From Marsupella aquatica (Eukaryota; Plantae; Marchantiophyta): a DNA stretch of 64,000 nucleotides. The DNA lies in NCBI GenBank assembly GCA_973895155.1, contig OZ316891.1, positions 14,043,037-14,107,036 on the forward strand, in the 5' to 3' direction. The notes below the pieces were generated by a model. The model saw only the letters and a program-made list of their open reading frames with translations. It searched no databases and was not told the origin of the DNA. Shown here piece after piece: positions 43,516 to 57,279 of the stretch; within the stretch, counting starts at the first letter, position 1; the number at the start of each line of letters is the position of its first letter. Both the position numbers and the translations under genes were made by a program.

Positions 43516-45767
43516 GATGAAAGTAAAAGTCCATTTTGAGATTTGTTAAGAATGTAAACTTTATTTGTTTATTTCTACAAAAGCAAGTTTTCCAACATTG
43601 AATTCAACAGGAGTCAAAATGAGAATGACAAACTTAAAATGCAACAAGCCAACTTCATCGGGGTGACCCATGATCCAACTTCCAGCATAGAGTCAAAAAC
43701 TATACATATAGAAACCTGCCTTTTCAGGAGAAAGTCTCGTTATGACACCAGCACCTTGAAATTGGACATAATTTTGTGTTGTCAGTAGCTTACCTTCCTA
43801 TATTTGGTACTAGATCACAAATCACGCCTTTTCATCACATCAGTCCAGTTTATATGAGGGAGAGTACTTTCCTACGGTGGGACACATCTAGATGCTGACT
43901 ACTGGTTCTCACGGGAAAGCAAGATAAACTCTTCACAGGGAGGTGAAAATTGGGAGTTTGGGAGCACATTTGAAAGAAATGTTAGAGTATGGTGGGTAAC
44001 AAGAAGTCTTAAAGGATGGGTCCAATGTGTTAATTCTCTTTTCCAAATTTTTAAGATTTTCCAAAATGTCATAAAAAAACAAAACAAAAAATCATCATTT
44101 ATAATTTAAATTTCCACACCTGAGATTTCACACCATAAATTACACACATGTTTAAACCACAAATTTTCAATAATTTATATTTCCAAATTAACTCCTCAAA
44201 ATAAATCTCAATATGAGAGATATCAAATGGGCTCAAAACTTAAAATCTTTCTAACAAATATCCCCTTTTGAACAAAATCACTAGCTGCATCAGAGATCTA
44301 AAGCCTTTGTCCACCAAAATCAACACTCAATTGCCCCACGAGTTGCCCCAACAACCTCTCGCTTGTTGCTAATTGCCCATTGTCCTTTACCATTGCAGCC
44401 AGTCCTAATTGCCCATTGTATCTCATCATGGACTGCCCCTCGCCCAACTTTGCACTTTGCCCTCTCAAATCCTTAGCTTCATGCATTCATGAAGCTTGTG
44501 GATCCAAAAGCCCAGCAAAAGACTCGGTGGGGGGCCCTCTAGTAAAGATATCCCTGACAAGCCCCTCACTTTGGACATAGACTTCCTTGGGCCCCCTTGT
44601 CCCTGCAACCCTTCCTCATGATCTGTGTGATTATTTTTTACCCTTTTTTGATTCATACATGGCACATACAGTTATGTATGGCAGTCCACCAGATGTATTG
44701 TCTAGAAGTAAGTGTCAGTGTTTTATATTGCTTTAAAACACTTCTATAAAGTACATAAGAAGCTCAATTTTTAGGGTCATTTAACTGTTTTTACATTTGT
44801 TACTATGTGCATGCTGTATGCTCATTTTTATGGATTCAATTGATGCCTTGTGAATTCAAATAATGCCTTGTGTACTAAGCTAAACAATAAAAATTTCCAT
44901 TTAAGTGGCATTCTGTAAATTGCCCTGTAATACTCTACCTAAGTGCTCACCTCTAAAATTAATCCTTGGACCCCCATTTTATTTTAAGGCAGTTTACTAG
45001 AAACTTAAGCCTAGATGGACCTCCAATTCTAAAGAAAAAAAAATCAAAAATGGACAAGTCAATGTTTGATTGACACTTGAAACAGTTGCCAAGCTTACCA
45101 AGGCAACCATAATTAACATCAATCACAAAACCAGTTGCAGTATGAACTACTGTCACACTCATTGGAAAGCTAGAGAACATTGGAAACTTATGATCTCCTC
45201 AAAACTCAACTAAATCTATCAATGTTAAGTTCATTAAAAAGCTAAAGAAATTCTAAAATTCTAAAACTCCTTATTACTCGATAAAATCTGTCAATTTTAG
45301 GTTCATTCTCATGGATGGGGTCAACATTTAAGGGGTTCTATTCACATTAGAGATTATGAAATCATGGGTAAAATCTATTTTTCAAATTACTTACTCAATT
45401 CTTATCGAACGGTGACAATGCTGAGCTCATTAGGATCGTCTCTTCAAGATCTTTCCAACGCTATATTATACGTGAATTTTCATTATGATTTAACTCAACA
45501 ATGTCAAATAAAAAATTGCTGCGGGGAAAATTTTATGTTTTGAATAAAATCAAAATGTAAATAAAACCGTTACTATGACCAGTTTTACCTCAATCTTTTT
45601 GTCTTTTGATTTGCATGTCAATTTTGTTTTTACATTATTTTTTATGGTATGGTGTCCCAGTTTTTACAACAATGTTGTCACAAACATGAATGCATAAGTT
45701 AATTTTCTTCAAAAACAAGTCTCTTCTTGTTTGCAACGTCTCATGATAATGTGACGCGCTGTGGAGT

Positions 45768-45854
45768 CAGGAATTTTGGAAAGGACCCTTAATGGGATCT
45801 GTAAATAAAACAGGAATTTTGGAAAAGACTCCTAATGGGGGTCTGTAAATAAAA
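45768..45854. repeat. 43-bp tandem duplication
   Basis: caggaattttggaaa.gac.c.taatggg..tctgtaaataaa x2. Confidence 0.8.
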
Positions 45855-47984
45855 CTTTCACAAAAGTATCACCATAGAAATACTCACGTTTGATGTGATT
45901 TATTCAAAAAAAAACCTTTGGGAAAATAATATCAAATAATTGTTTAAGTACCATCTAATTTACTTGCAAAATTTTACTTTAAAACAATAGCACGGAGAAT
46001 CCCCAAAACCATTGTTTCACCTTATGATAGTTCAGAAAAGACAATATTTGGAGAAGGACTTAAAGAAACTGACAGGGAACAACTAAAGAGAGTAAATCTT
46101 CCGTACCTTAGATACTACGTACCTTGCATAAGTATTTCAAACAAGAATAAATTAAATATGTGAGTGACAGGAGCTAACTACTTAGTATGTACTTTATAGA
46201 AGTATTTTCAAGCAAAATATAGTCTTCTAGAGAGTACATCTATAGTAGTTGACTGACGTACATAACTATACTTATAATGTTAGATTAGAAAAAGGGAGGA
46301 AAAATAGTCACACAGGTCATGAGACAATGGGACCCCCAAGTCTATTTCAAAAGTGAGGGGGCTCATAAGGGACATCTTTACCCAAAAGTCTCATAAATTC
46401 ATGAACTCTTTTCAGGACTCCTTACTCTTGATGTAAGATTCACTAATCTTAATGTAAATTATTCACAAGAATTCATGAAGAGGAATCTGTTATCAAAGTT
46501 AAAGGAATCAAGACAAAGACGGGCACAGAACATAAAGAAAATAATGAACAGAAAGATCATTTACAACAATAAAAATGACCAACAAGTTGATTCAATTACG
46601 ATTAAAAGTGTTATTAATAAAGAATTTGCAAAAAATACAATAAAACACTAACTTCAATGAAGACAAAGAGAGTTATTAATGGATACTTTGCAGTAAAGTA
46701 TAAGACAATACCAACTAAAAAAAACGACAAAGCCGATTATAAATGTTAGGAAACCTTTGGTACCTTTGCTCATGAAATGTCTGAATAAAAAATTAAAGAA
46801 TGGTTTTTCTTTCTAAGTGAACCCAAATAAGTAACCATAAATATGTATTCCAAACCATCAACATATACAGAGAGCCCTATAGAGTGAGATATGCTTAATC
46901 TTGCCTGAAAAACCTTGCCTGATCAGCCCCCTCTAAACTTTTCTTGCCTGATAAATCCCCTCTCTATGAGCCGTACATGATGTTCTTCTAAAAGCTCTTT
47001 TAAAGTGAGATTTTGGGATCGAAAGACCAAACTGGATAAATAGTGAGTATAGACCTTTGAACCATGAATCCTGCTCAATTTCACTGTGACTATGCCTGGT
47101 AAAAATGCATGAATTACACGGTGGTAATTGTTGTTGTAAATTGGGCCAAGCTGCTCATTTTTGCGCCTTCCAAACTATGAAATTAGGATAATCAAATGTG
47201 AAGAAATTCATGTAAATGTATTCTTTCTTGTAAAACTGTATTTGATGTTTTCTTCCATTAGGTCTTTTTGAGACTTGATGTTCAAGGAGAGCAAAGGTTG
47301 GAGGAGAGCGGACTAACAAATGTGGTGGGGAAAAGCAACGCCAGGGACAAAGGCTTTGGGAGGAGCTAATGATGGCAAAGTTTAATCAAGGCAGTTAGGT
47401 TTTTATTTCAATCGTTCTAGGCATTAGAGTTCCCTGTCTAGACCTTATTTGCAACTTTGTGTACATTGTTCTTCTTTGTCCATTACAGTATGTTAGAACA
47501 AATTTTCTCCCATTTGTAATCAAGATAGGCACTAGTGTTTCATCTCCGGTTTCATCTCTGTGCAATCTCCATTATTTTGCTTAGAGTCAAATTCAATCAA
47601 ATCAGCAATGAATGATTCACCCATATTGGCTGCTGCTGGGCTCCTATCAGAGCAAATGGTCATAGGGTCAATCTGGAGTTATATGGAGTCAATAACTTGG
47701 GGCATGAAGTATTCAAATGCCTCGTTATTTGCTCTTGTTGTGATGGCGCTTTCAATAACAATGAGCTCTTGCCTTAGTTTAATCCAAAGTGGTAACAAGT
47801 TAGGATAGCAGCATGTGCTGGAGAGGAGCAATTGGAATTCTACTAGAATTGTAGATATTGAAGTCTCCAATGGCATTGTAATCCAACAATTTAGCCTTTG
47901 TGCAATTGTCACCTGCAATATGCCATTTACCCCACTCAATGTACCAACACCTTGTTTGCAAATAACTATTTTTGCTTACAAAAT

Positions 47985-48380
47985 ACGCTAAGTGTAATCT
48001 AAAGACAATGTTAACAATGTATTCCAAACCACCAGTGTTGATTGTTCACCCCAAACCTAGCGATATGGGTCAACAACAAATACTCTTATTGTAAAAGAAG
48101 GCTAAGTGTGATCTCAAGACAATATGGACGTTAATTTGTCTTCCAAAACCATCACTGTTGGCTATTCACCCATGCCCTAACCGCATGGGTGAGCAAACTG
48201 CTCTTGCTGCAAAGTGTGATTTGAAGACAATATGGACATTGTCTTCTAAACCCACCGGCGTCGGCCCAGTTTCTGGTCCACATGCACACAAATGGCATGG
48301 GTGACAAAAATCCGCTCTTGTTACTAACGGGGTTGCAAAGTGTGATCTGTGACATTGTTGTCCAAATCACCAGTGTCACA
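47985..48380. repeat. Degenerate ~115-bp tandem repeat x4, probably from a transposon
   Basis: aagtgtga/aat..agacaat..t.tt/ccaaa.cacca.tgt recurs at ~47990, ~48104, ~48212 and ~48338; the minus strand reads CPYCLQITL / RPYCLEITL. Confidence 0.6.
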
Positions 48381-50723
48381 AGCACCACACAATGCATTGC
48401 CTCATAACTAGTCAAACCTTAAACTCTGAAACTATTTGAATACACAATCCATAATGTCTTCACCCAAAAATGCATAATTATGTGCGCTCCTTATTGCGTG
48501 CGGGATTGCGTGTGACACAGCATGGTAAAGGAAAGAGACGCCACAGAAATTAAAATTGTGCAGCTTATGTTGTAGATATTTCTTGTTCCAATAAATTTTA
48601 AAAATGGCATTTTAGGGATAACTTAGTCAAATGATTGCTTGAACATGTGCAAGTGTAAATTGTAAAGATTAATATAGGTAATCTGGAGATTAAAAAATTA
48701 ATGATAAATTTTGTGTTTTTAAGGGCTCAAAATGGTAGCATTTTGGGGGCATTTTTTCAATGTATTAAGATTTTGCCAAAAATTGGGATGGTTTCAGTTT
48801 CATATTGGGCATTTTTGACATTTCTGAGCAAAAGTTCTTTTAGTTTGGGGTTACTACCCATCCTTTTTAGCTTCTTGTTGGGAAAGAACGGGTGGAGAGT
48901 GCAGTGGTAAGTCAAGCAAAAGAGGCGAGCTTAAAACAGTGCACGAACTGGGCAAGTGTCAACATTGGAAGGAAGTTGGATGGCAGTGAGGTGAAAATTG
49001 GGTAGAAAGGAAGAATTTTGAAAGAACAGTTAGAGTATGGTGGGTCAGAATGGGGTGTGAAGTGCAGTGGGGAGTGCACTGGCAAGTCAGGCAAAAGAGG
49101 TGAGCTGGGCCCTGGGCGAGTGTGGACAGCAAGAAGAGTTGAAGGTAAGGTAGACAGCAATGGCGCAGATGGGGAGAAGAATTTAACTAACATGTTGGGG
49201 CCAGTTTGGTTGGCCGGGGTAGACAATAGTAGGGAGGGCATGGAGGGGAATTGGAACGGGAATAGTTGTGGGCGGATGGGCAAATTAAAGTTGAGTAGAT
49301 ACATTACAGGCAGTCTGTCCAAACACCTGTACAAGGCATGCATCTGCAGGGCTGCTGGTTGAGTTGGAAAGTATTGGATAGAAGACTGTTACCAATTAAA
49401 ATAGATTACTGTCTTCAAAGATATTGACACAAAAGATTATTTGCCCATAAAAAACTGTCTAGCTTGCAAAGGAAAAATACAACAGTTTTTAATAATCTCT
49501 TTTGGTCTCTGCACCCACAACTCAGTAAGCCAAGTGGGGAGGGCTGGGTGAGCTTCAAAGAGAGAATAACCCAGGTTTTGGGCTATAGTCCGTGGCCAAT
49601 TCTTTTTCTTGTGGATGTGGTAGCCAAAGTCTCTACGGATGAATGGGCCAAAATGGAGGTGAGTTCAGGGTGGGTGGGTGGGGTAGGGGGTGGGAACCCA
49701 ATTGCCCCACACAAATCTCCTCCCCCTACGAGTGTCACACATATGCATTGATTCCCACTCACACCCTTGCTCTAACCCTCATGGTGGCAAATTACTATGG
49801 GTAGGTAGCTACAGTACCATGCCAAGAGGGGCATATTCCTCTATCCCGCCCCGGCCCTTTGCAAGAACAACATCACGGGATGGCAAGAGGGTGAATGGAA
49901 ATCAAGGCTAAGGTATCAGCCAAGCACCTGTACTTGAATTGACAAGTCTGCCCAGCCCGTCATGTTTCTTCCTTTCTTGTGAGTACAACCCTGTTTTGAG
50001 AGAAAATGAGGGCAAGTATAATTCAACAGATAAAATTGGACTCCCTGGAGACATTCTGGTTTTTTTAATATGTTGTTTTCGCTACACATGTAGAAGGGAA
50101 GCAATTAAGCGGAGTTAGCATATATCTTGGTATAATAGAAAAACTATTTAAACTAGTTGATTGATTGGAGCATGAGGTTTATTTAAGGGCACTTGGGATA
50201 AAAGATGAAAGAGGACACAGGGGAGTCACAATGCACTAAGCAGAAGGACAATGAAGGGCAAATATGTAAAGGTGATAGAGGCAATTTTCATGCAGCCTAG
50301 TTCAAATAACTCAAGTGTGATAGTATGTGCTTTACAGTGTAGTATGCACAAAAGTGGCAGCTTGTTTGTACTTAGTCTATGTCTCAACAGGGTTTGATGC
50401 TATTCTCACTTTATATGGTCACACTTCCCATTCATTCCTTTGGATTAGACTGATCATTGTACCTGCCATCTAAACTTCCTTCTTTACAAAGACTACCTTT
50501 TGCTATCTTTCAGGTTTTCCCATCTTGGAATGGTGAAGATAGTTGATTGACAAACTTGGTAGGGATCAAACCACATGAAAGACATGGCTGGTTTAGCCTG
50601 GGTTGCAGGCTAAACCCCAGACTAAATACATTTGAGCCATCCCTCACTTCCATTTGAAGTATGTCAATCTACTAACATAGCTCTACACTTTCATTGGCCC
50701 ATGCTTTGCTTCCCCGATCGAGC

Positions 50724-50725
<2 letters not shown>

Positions 50726-50765
<40 letters not shown>
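50726..50765. repeat. (CA)n microsatellite
   Basis: Direct observation. Confidence 0.95.
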
Positions 50766-50767
<2 letters not shown>

Positions 50768-51204
50768 AAGCCTGGATGGAGTGGCAAAGTTGGGACGAAC
50801 TTGCTCAACCTTGAAATTGATTCAGATAACATTCTCTACATTTTTCACTCAAATGCACCAATAAATGGCCGCCTTATTGTTTGCAGCTGGTTTCCTTTAC
50901 ATTATTGAACAGGTCTTCTTGGTAGCTTGACTACCTTGAACCTGAACGACGTCAAGATGTCGTTGGCATTACTCAGGATCACCAGTTTTTGCTTGGCCCA
51001 CATGAAAATTTCCAAAGTCATGATTTATACTATTTTCCCTTGTTTGTAATCATCATAAATGTAGCGAATGATCTCCAAAAAGTCTCAAACTTTTCCAAGA
51101 AATAGACCAAACATCAGAGACCAAGCTGGAAAATAATTCAGCAGAAATGGAGATCATTAAGTCCTTCAAATAAAGTGACACATCTGCCAAAATCAGGGTT
51201 TTGT

Positions 51205-51572
51205 GGCAAACAGTTGACAACTTTGACAATCCTGTCGATTAAGTTGTCAAGATGTCACCTGCATTTTAAAATGTGCTATGCTCTCACAAATTTTGTGAGA
51301 ACTCACCAGCCGCTCAAATCTGTGATGTGGGAGCATTCTAGTGGCACAGATGTTTCTGATTAACCTGACTTCCATTTCACTCATCCATTTTGTTGTCTTT
51401 CAATTTTGCTGAGATTATAGCTTCAAGATGAATAAGCTCCATTCTTCTCCTGGCAACAGTGTTGAGCCATTCAGACCACATTACACGAAGCAGGGGGCAT
51501 TTTCAAAAAACACAATTTGACGTGAAACTACTTTTTTGCGAGGGTTGTCAAAGTTGTCAACTGTGACATGCC
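51205..51572. mobile_element. MITE-like element with ~24-bp inverted repeats
   Basis: acagttgacaactttgacaatcct (51210-51233) versus agggttgtcaaagttgtcaactgt (51541-51564). Confidence 0.6.
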
Positions 51573-51799
51573 TACCAGTTTTGTTTTCTTTCTGGTGTAA
51601 ACTCAGTGCTCATTTCACACAATCCATGGGGATGGGCAGGGACAACGTCTTGGTCCATCCGGGCTCCAGATTCTTACATCCCATACAGAGAGTCAAATTT
51701 TGATTATTCTGTTGTTGATAAGATATCAGGTGTAGTTTGCAATAAAATGCCTTTTGAATTTTAAAAAAAGTAAAAAAATTGACTCCACAAAGTATTAAA

Positions 51800-53680
51800 C
51801 ATTGGGTTGTAGGAACTTTTTATTGAATGCCATCCACACAAGTTCAGTTTTACAGGCCTTAGTTGTTGCGGACCCATTGCAAAAGCCCCTTAGTCCAAGA
51901 AGGCACCTAATGAAGATGTAATGAGCAATTTCTGGAAGCACCATCATGAGCTCCAGGTCGGCCTGAATGCGATGCTATGTGTAGCATCTCCAATAAAGTC
52001 ATGGGCAGAAAGGTATGGCCCCAACTATATACAGGATAGGGGCAACAAATAGGGGACCAAAGTTAGTCTGGTAGTGACAAACAAAGCATAGCAGAGGTTG
52101 GTTGGCTTCCAACTTTAGTTACAGCTTGAGGAGGGGTGGTCATGACAATCCATTTATGCGGCTAGTTGGCGGTGACTTCAAGACTGTCCATGGGGAACGG
52201 ACCATAGCTTGAGATCATGCACCCTGATAGCTTGAGATTTGCAGGTGACCTCAAGGAGCTAGTAGGTACGTTGCAGGTGACAAGGGCTCCCAAGGGACGA
52301 GGTGTGTAGCTGGACCCCAGATTGCGGTTGGGGTCCTACATTTGTGCCATGGGAGCATAGTTTACACACAATGTCACATAGGAGTCACAAGCTTGGACAA
52401 CATCTCCATCCAAATAGTGGAACTAGGATTACACCCCAAAACCTCTATGTATAAAGTAGGGCAGTTTTACTCCAATGGATGCTACCCTTATTCGGGCCCT
52501 TATTATCCAGATACATGTTTGCATAGATCCCAGGTGAGCTTAAAATCGTACCTTGGCAAAATGTTCATGGTGGAGATGCCATTGGATATATATCCAAGTG
52601 ACCAGGGACCCAAGATAGGGAAGGAGTAAATCTAAAAACCTCAGGAAGACCAATTGAAAGGGCCAAAAAGCCAAAGAGTTCCCTAAATCAGCAAAGGATC
52701 TAAGAGCATTCCCATTGGTCTTGGTATACTAGGCTCACTATCAAATTAAAAGTAGTGTGTCTCAATCTTGGCAAGGTTCCCCACCCAACATAGGAACTTG
52801 TATCAAAGTGCACAGTACTTGCAGTGGTGGACTTGGGTAGTGGTGTCAAACCTTGCCACCTAGGACACTCACCAAGCGCAACACTTTTGCCTTAGAACTC
52901 TTGGTGCCCAAACACATCCATGGAACTCCACAAGTGAGCACACAATGCCTCTATCATCGCCAACGGAAACTCCCATACAAAGTTGCAGTTGATCCTCATT
53001 GTGATTGTCTCTCCGTGGCTTCTACTATCTGCACAAGCAACCAACCCAATTGACAAGTAACTTGCCTTGATCTTGGATCCCAAGACCATTGTCGATCTTG
53101 CCTCAAGTTCAACAGTTGTTAGAAAGTTGGTCAGCGAAGAGAGTCTCCCAGGCCCACATGGGCTTGCCATATTTAAGTTGAAGAAAAGGTTGGCACCCAT
53201 TGTTCATCCAAAATAGCCCCTCCATCGCATATTGCCCAAACTTCCCCACTTTCTATTTGTCACCAGATGACCATCCTACCTCAATCTAGGACATGCACAT
53301 AGCCCAAATAGCTAGTTTGTCCTAAAGCTTATCCCAAACAACAAGACCTGCAGTTCAGCCCCAACTCTAGTAACCATCTCTGTGACTCTAACTCAATTGG
53401 GAGTCCCGCTGGGAGTCCAAGGAAAAGAGACACTTGGACCTCAACCAGCCGCTCAACACCCATTGTACTTTGCATTGCCTCCCCACGCAAGCTCCTGTGG
53501 GAAACTAAACGCGGCTTGGCTACTATTTTGGCAAGTGACAAGATAGCCCTTGCAAACCATGAAGACCAAAGGCACCCCCAAACCCAGATGAGACCAGGAT
53601 GATATAATCATTCTTGAGAGCTTTTTAACACATTCAATAATCCTTCGACACACTTCCCATTGAGGAGATATTGTCTTAGT
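51800..53680 (-). mobile_element. Highly degenerate L1-like LINE remnant
   Basis: Minus-strand fragments HLGLGVPL (cf. YLGVPL), WQGL..LPK and CIWIIRAR (cf. W.IW..RN); many stops, CpG-depleted. Confidence 0.45.
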
Positions 53681-53699
53681 TTTCTGTTTTTATATTTCC

Positions 53700-54670
53700 C
53701 CGTAGTAGCGCAACCGTCGTGTTTCATGACTTGGGCTTGCCCTTCCCTAATATATGCTTCTGGAGACCTGTCATCCTCGTACTAACTTTGGTCCCCGATT
53801 TTTGGCTTTCTACCTAGATCAAACCCAATTGATTGCATGCCTGGACACGAAACTAACTTGTTAGGCCCATAACTTTCTAGTTAGACGTATGTAGGTGAAG
53901 CGTCGCCCGTTGTGATTGGGATGACGTAGTGCTCATGCTTGGGCCCTGAGAACACGTCATCAGTTGGGGGTCCCGGATGCCCGCCCGGATGGCTACCCCT
54001 TAGCCGCACCGAATCTCATGCATCAAGCGTGCATTCTGCATGAACTAGATTTCTTTGGCGATGGGCCTGAGAGGAGCTCTCACTCAAGCCCTCAAAGTCA
54101 GAATCTGTTTTGGGGTCTAGACATTCTGCCCTAAGCTCGACCCTTCCCATGATCCGACCTGCTCCCAACGCCAGTCTAAGTTCTTTGTGTGTGCCACTAG
54201 CTCAATGTATTGTATTTGCTAGTGAAATGTTTTCTTGCCCACAAATCTTGCAGTACTTAGTTTCCACCGGATAGCTGCCCGGGGGCCTGGGCCATAGAGG
54301 AGCTCAACGTCGGAGTCAATGACGCTGGAGCTGATTGGTAAGGTAGTCGAGTTCTGCGACTTGGGTCCAGGCCCATTTTTGATGTATGGGAGTCATCAAT
54401 TTCCAATGTCTGGAGTGGCCTTCCGGGTTAACTGTTGCTGGTGGGGTGTAGTGGCCTCTCTACCTGTCCGCTTGTTGGGTGGCAGTCTGGCGAGCTTAGC
54501 TCCAAATCTGGCAGCCCAGAAACCTCCCTTTCCGCAGTACCATGTGCTTGTGGGAGTTCCCATTTGGATTCCCTTGGTTATAATTTGCCAAAATCCCCCT
54601 GGCCCAGCGGTTCACCAAGTCCTGCGGGCATGGTCTAAGAAAGTAAAGCCCTCCCCAACAGCAAACTGAC
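53700..54670 (-). mobile_element. Degenerate gypsy-like integrase remnant
   Basis: Minus strand LSSPDCHPTSGQVERPL resembles integrase 'STAYHPQT.GQVER.N'. Confidence 0.45.
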
Positions 54671-54893
54671 AAGTCCTGTAAACTCCAAAGGAAGATATAA
54701 AGTAGCGAGTTAAAAACGCAAACTCGTATCTAAACTGTTCGGTAACTCCATTTCGTAAAAAGTTCCATGATTTGAATTAGTACTGGTCATGTCGTTACCC
54801 TCCTCGCTTTCAGCTCTTTGAGCAGCGATCGGGTTCTGTAATCAGCGGATTGATTATTTCTGAATATTGTGAGTGTCTAGTCGCGATGTGCCC

Positions 54894-55350
54894 TTCTCTC
54901 TCTCTCTCTCTTTCTCTCTCATCCATGGCGTCGTCATTCCCCTGCGCCACGCCAGTAGTACACCATTCACACACCTTGTTGGATTCGGCCGACTCTCCGT
55001 AACTGGCGCCGAACATCGCTGCCTCTCTCCATGCATGGATGCTGCATCCATCAATGCATCCGTCCATGTCGCTGGTTCCGCATCCATCCATCCATCGCTG
55101 TTACCCCTATTATTGCATGCTCAACCTCCCGTCGGGTCCTTCTGCCTCATCCTGCACATCATCACTGCCCTCCTGCCCCGCTGCCCCGCTGCTGCGGTGC
55201 TGCCCGGGACCGACGCTACTGCTGAGCTGTCCGGACTTTGCGCGTTTCTGCCCTGCCCTGCCGAACCCATCCACCGATCCTCGATTATCTTTTGTCTCCG
55301 CTGTGCCCCTCGCCGCTCGCATTTCACAGCTTCGCGCATAGACAGAGCGC

Positions 55351-55389
<39 letters not shown>
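54894..55389. promoter_or_regulatory. CpG-rich Dof promoter/5' leader with (CT)n (54894-54920) and (GA)n (55354-55389) tracts
   Basis: The tracts are seen directly. GA repeats are known BPC/BBR binding sites in plant promoters; function here is inferred. Confidence 0.55.
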
Positions 55390-55391
<2 letters not shown>

Positions 55392-55456
55392 CCACGGGAA
55401 AGCTCGGCCTTGAGATCTCGGAAATCTGTAAAGGCAATCTCCGAGCAAGCCCAACG

Positions 55457-55522
55457 CGGGCCAAGTTTAGACAGGACGCAGATAGACTCGTCGGGCCAAG
55501 TTCAGACAGGACGCAGATAGAC
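55457..55522. repeat. 35-bp-period tandem duplication in the Dof 5' leader
   Basis: cgggccaagtt(t/c)agacaggacgcagatagac x2. Confidence 0.85.
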
Positions 55523-56043
55523 AGACACGGACTCGCACAGACGTCGATCGGTTGTTCGGTCGGAGTCGAGCTTTTCGTGACGCTGCTCAGTAGCTACTCC
55601 CCTCCCTTCCTCCTTCCCTTTCTCCCTTTCTCCCTTGTCACCTTGTATCTTTAGTGCATCCTGGATTTTGACAGGGCGAGTTTGTTTCGAGATTTTGTTT
55701 CGAGATCTACAGGTGCAAGATTTGATTGCTAGTTGTAAGTTGTATTGAGGATCAACAGGGTGTATGATATTTTTAGATGCCAAGGCCCAGAGGGTCGAAG
55801 CGAGGACCAAACGCATTACAGATTTTGCCAAGTTAACGAGGATTGTGAGCCTCTCCAACGGCAAGTGAGCCTGTTCCGGCGATTTGGGGTGACCGGTTAG
55901 TTTGGAGGTCAGATCCGTGACCCTTAAGAAATTTCATGTAAAATCGTCCACACTGCCGGTATTGATCGAGCCGATAGTGGCTCAATCGATTCGCTAAGAG
56001 TGGAATTTTGTTAATGACCGTAGCGTGCGGGGAAATACAGGTC

Positions 56044-57279
56044 ATGCTGTTAAGCGGTTGTTCCAGTGAGCAGCATGGGGGGGACTCTTCAGAAGGCTCA
56101 CAGTCTATGTTGCACCCTGATAAAAAGGCCCAGACAACATTATTTGCTCAGCGGGCGATGCAAGAACGGCGCTTGAAACCTCCGGACCAGATCATCGCAT
56201 GCCCCCGTTGTCAGTCTCTGAATACAAAGTTTTGCTACTACAACAATTACAGTTTAACCCAGCCCCGGCACTTCTGTAAGAATTGTCGTCGGTACTGGAC
56301 TGCGGGGGGAACGCTTCGCAATGTGCCAGTGGGTGGTGGATGCAGGAAGAACAAGAGGGCCAAGCAACCGAGGAGCAATGATTTGTCCGTTCTCACTGGT
56401 GATTCCCCTATATCTGGTCTAAGGAGTGATGGTCCAGGTTCAGCATTGCATCCTGCGTACAATCCATCAAGCGCTTCAACATCGGCTGGCTATTATGACC
56501 ACCAGTACGAAGATGCTACGAAAATTGCTATAGCCAGAGCCCAGCAGAGTATCAGAGCTGGACCTTCGGGGGTGAGTCAAAGCGCGGAGGGTAATTCGTC
56601 TAGTGGCCATGTCTCGGCCTTTCACGTCGCTCATGGATCGCACTCGTCTGCGATTTCTCACAGTGCATCTTCATTTGAGGCCGCGCCTGGTATTGTTAAT
56701 CTCGGTTATTATCAACCTCAAGTTCAACCCAAGCAGGAAGCTGCCATAGCCAGCGGCGATCTGAGTGCTATTTTCGAGTCTCAGAGTTATAGAGCGGCCG
56801 CTGCGGCAGCCGCGGCAGCTGGCCAAGGGGGAGAAGGAGGAATTGCATACAATATCGACATCGAGTCGTTGAACAACAACATCGAAGCTGTGGACGTGCA
56901 ATGGAGATTGCATCAACAAGCCCAACAGGCTGCTGCTGCACAAAAGCAAGCTATTTGGGGGGAGGAAGATCAAGGGCACAGGGAGGGAAGGCAAGCGGTG
57001 CACAATGTAGATGAGAAAGGGTTGATGGAGACTTTGAGGCAAGCCAAAGGTAAGTCTGCAATTACGGTTTCGCCCTCACGTGGACATGAACAATCAGAAG
57101 GAGCGGAGGTAGCTGCTAGCCGTCCGGCCAATGTACCGGCGTGGCAATTGCAACAAGTCTCCGAAGGTTTGCAATCGTTTGAGCCTGTGTCGCACGATTC
57201 GGGTTTCTGGTCGAATCAAAGCTGGGCTCCTCTCGACATGCATGCATTGAATCCTCCTGCAAATAGTCAAATGCTATGA
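56044..57279 (+). CDS. DOF: Dof zinc-finger transcription factor (~411 aa from the first in-frame ATG)
   Basis: Canonical Dof domain [53 protein letters not shown], Ala/Gln-rich low-complexity C-terminus and a terminal Trp motif (FWSNQSW). A probable acceptor (tacag, 56036-56040) lies just before ATG 56044, so a short upstream exon cannot be excluded. Confidence 0.94.
   Translation: MLLSGCSSEQHGGDSSEGSQSMLHPDKKAQTTLFAQRAMQERRLKPPDQIIACPRCQSLNTKFCYYNNYSLTQPRHFCKNCRRYWTAGGTLRNVPVGGGCRKNKRAKQPRSNDLSVLTGDSPISGLRSDGPGSALHPAYNPSSASTSAGYYDHQYEDATKIAIARAQQSIRAGPSGVSQSAEGNSSSGHVSAFHVAHGSHSSAISHSASSFEAAPGIVNLGYYQPQVQPKQEAAIASGDLSAIFESQSYRAAAAAAAAAGQGGEGGIAYNIDIESLNNNIEAVDVQWRLHQQAQQAAAAQKQAIWGEEDQGHREGRQAVHNVDEKGLMETLRQAKGKSAITVSPSRGHEQSEGAEVAASRPANVPAWQLQQVSEGLQSFEPVSHDSGFWSNQSWAPLDMHALNPPANSQML

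Noticed and set aside
48912-49362. 143-aa Pro-rich and 114-aa Gly-rich antiparallel ORFs
   Set aside because: Compositionally biased, CpG-depleted sequence, most likely a decayed retroelement; no diagnostic motif.
54810-55864. Long ORFs (up to 215 aa) upstream of Dof
   Set aside because: They arise from GC-rich leader sequence and GA/CT repeats (RERERE, SLSLSL) and have no domain.
56008-56043. N-terminal extension of the Dof ORF from TTG/ATG at 56008-56014
   Set aside because: It lies upstream of a probable splice acceptor (tacag ending at 56040), so it is likely intronic. Not fully excluded without transcript data.
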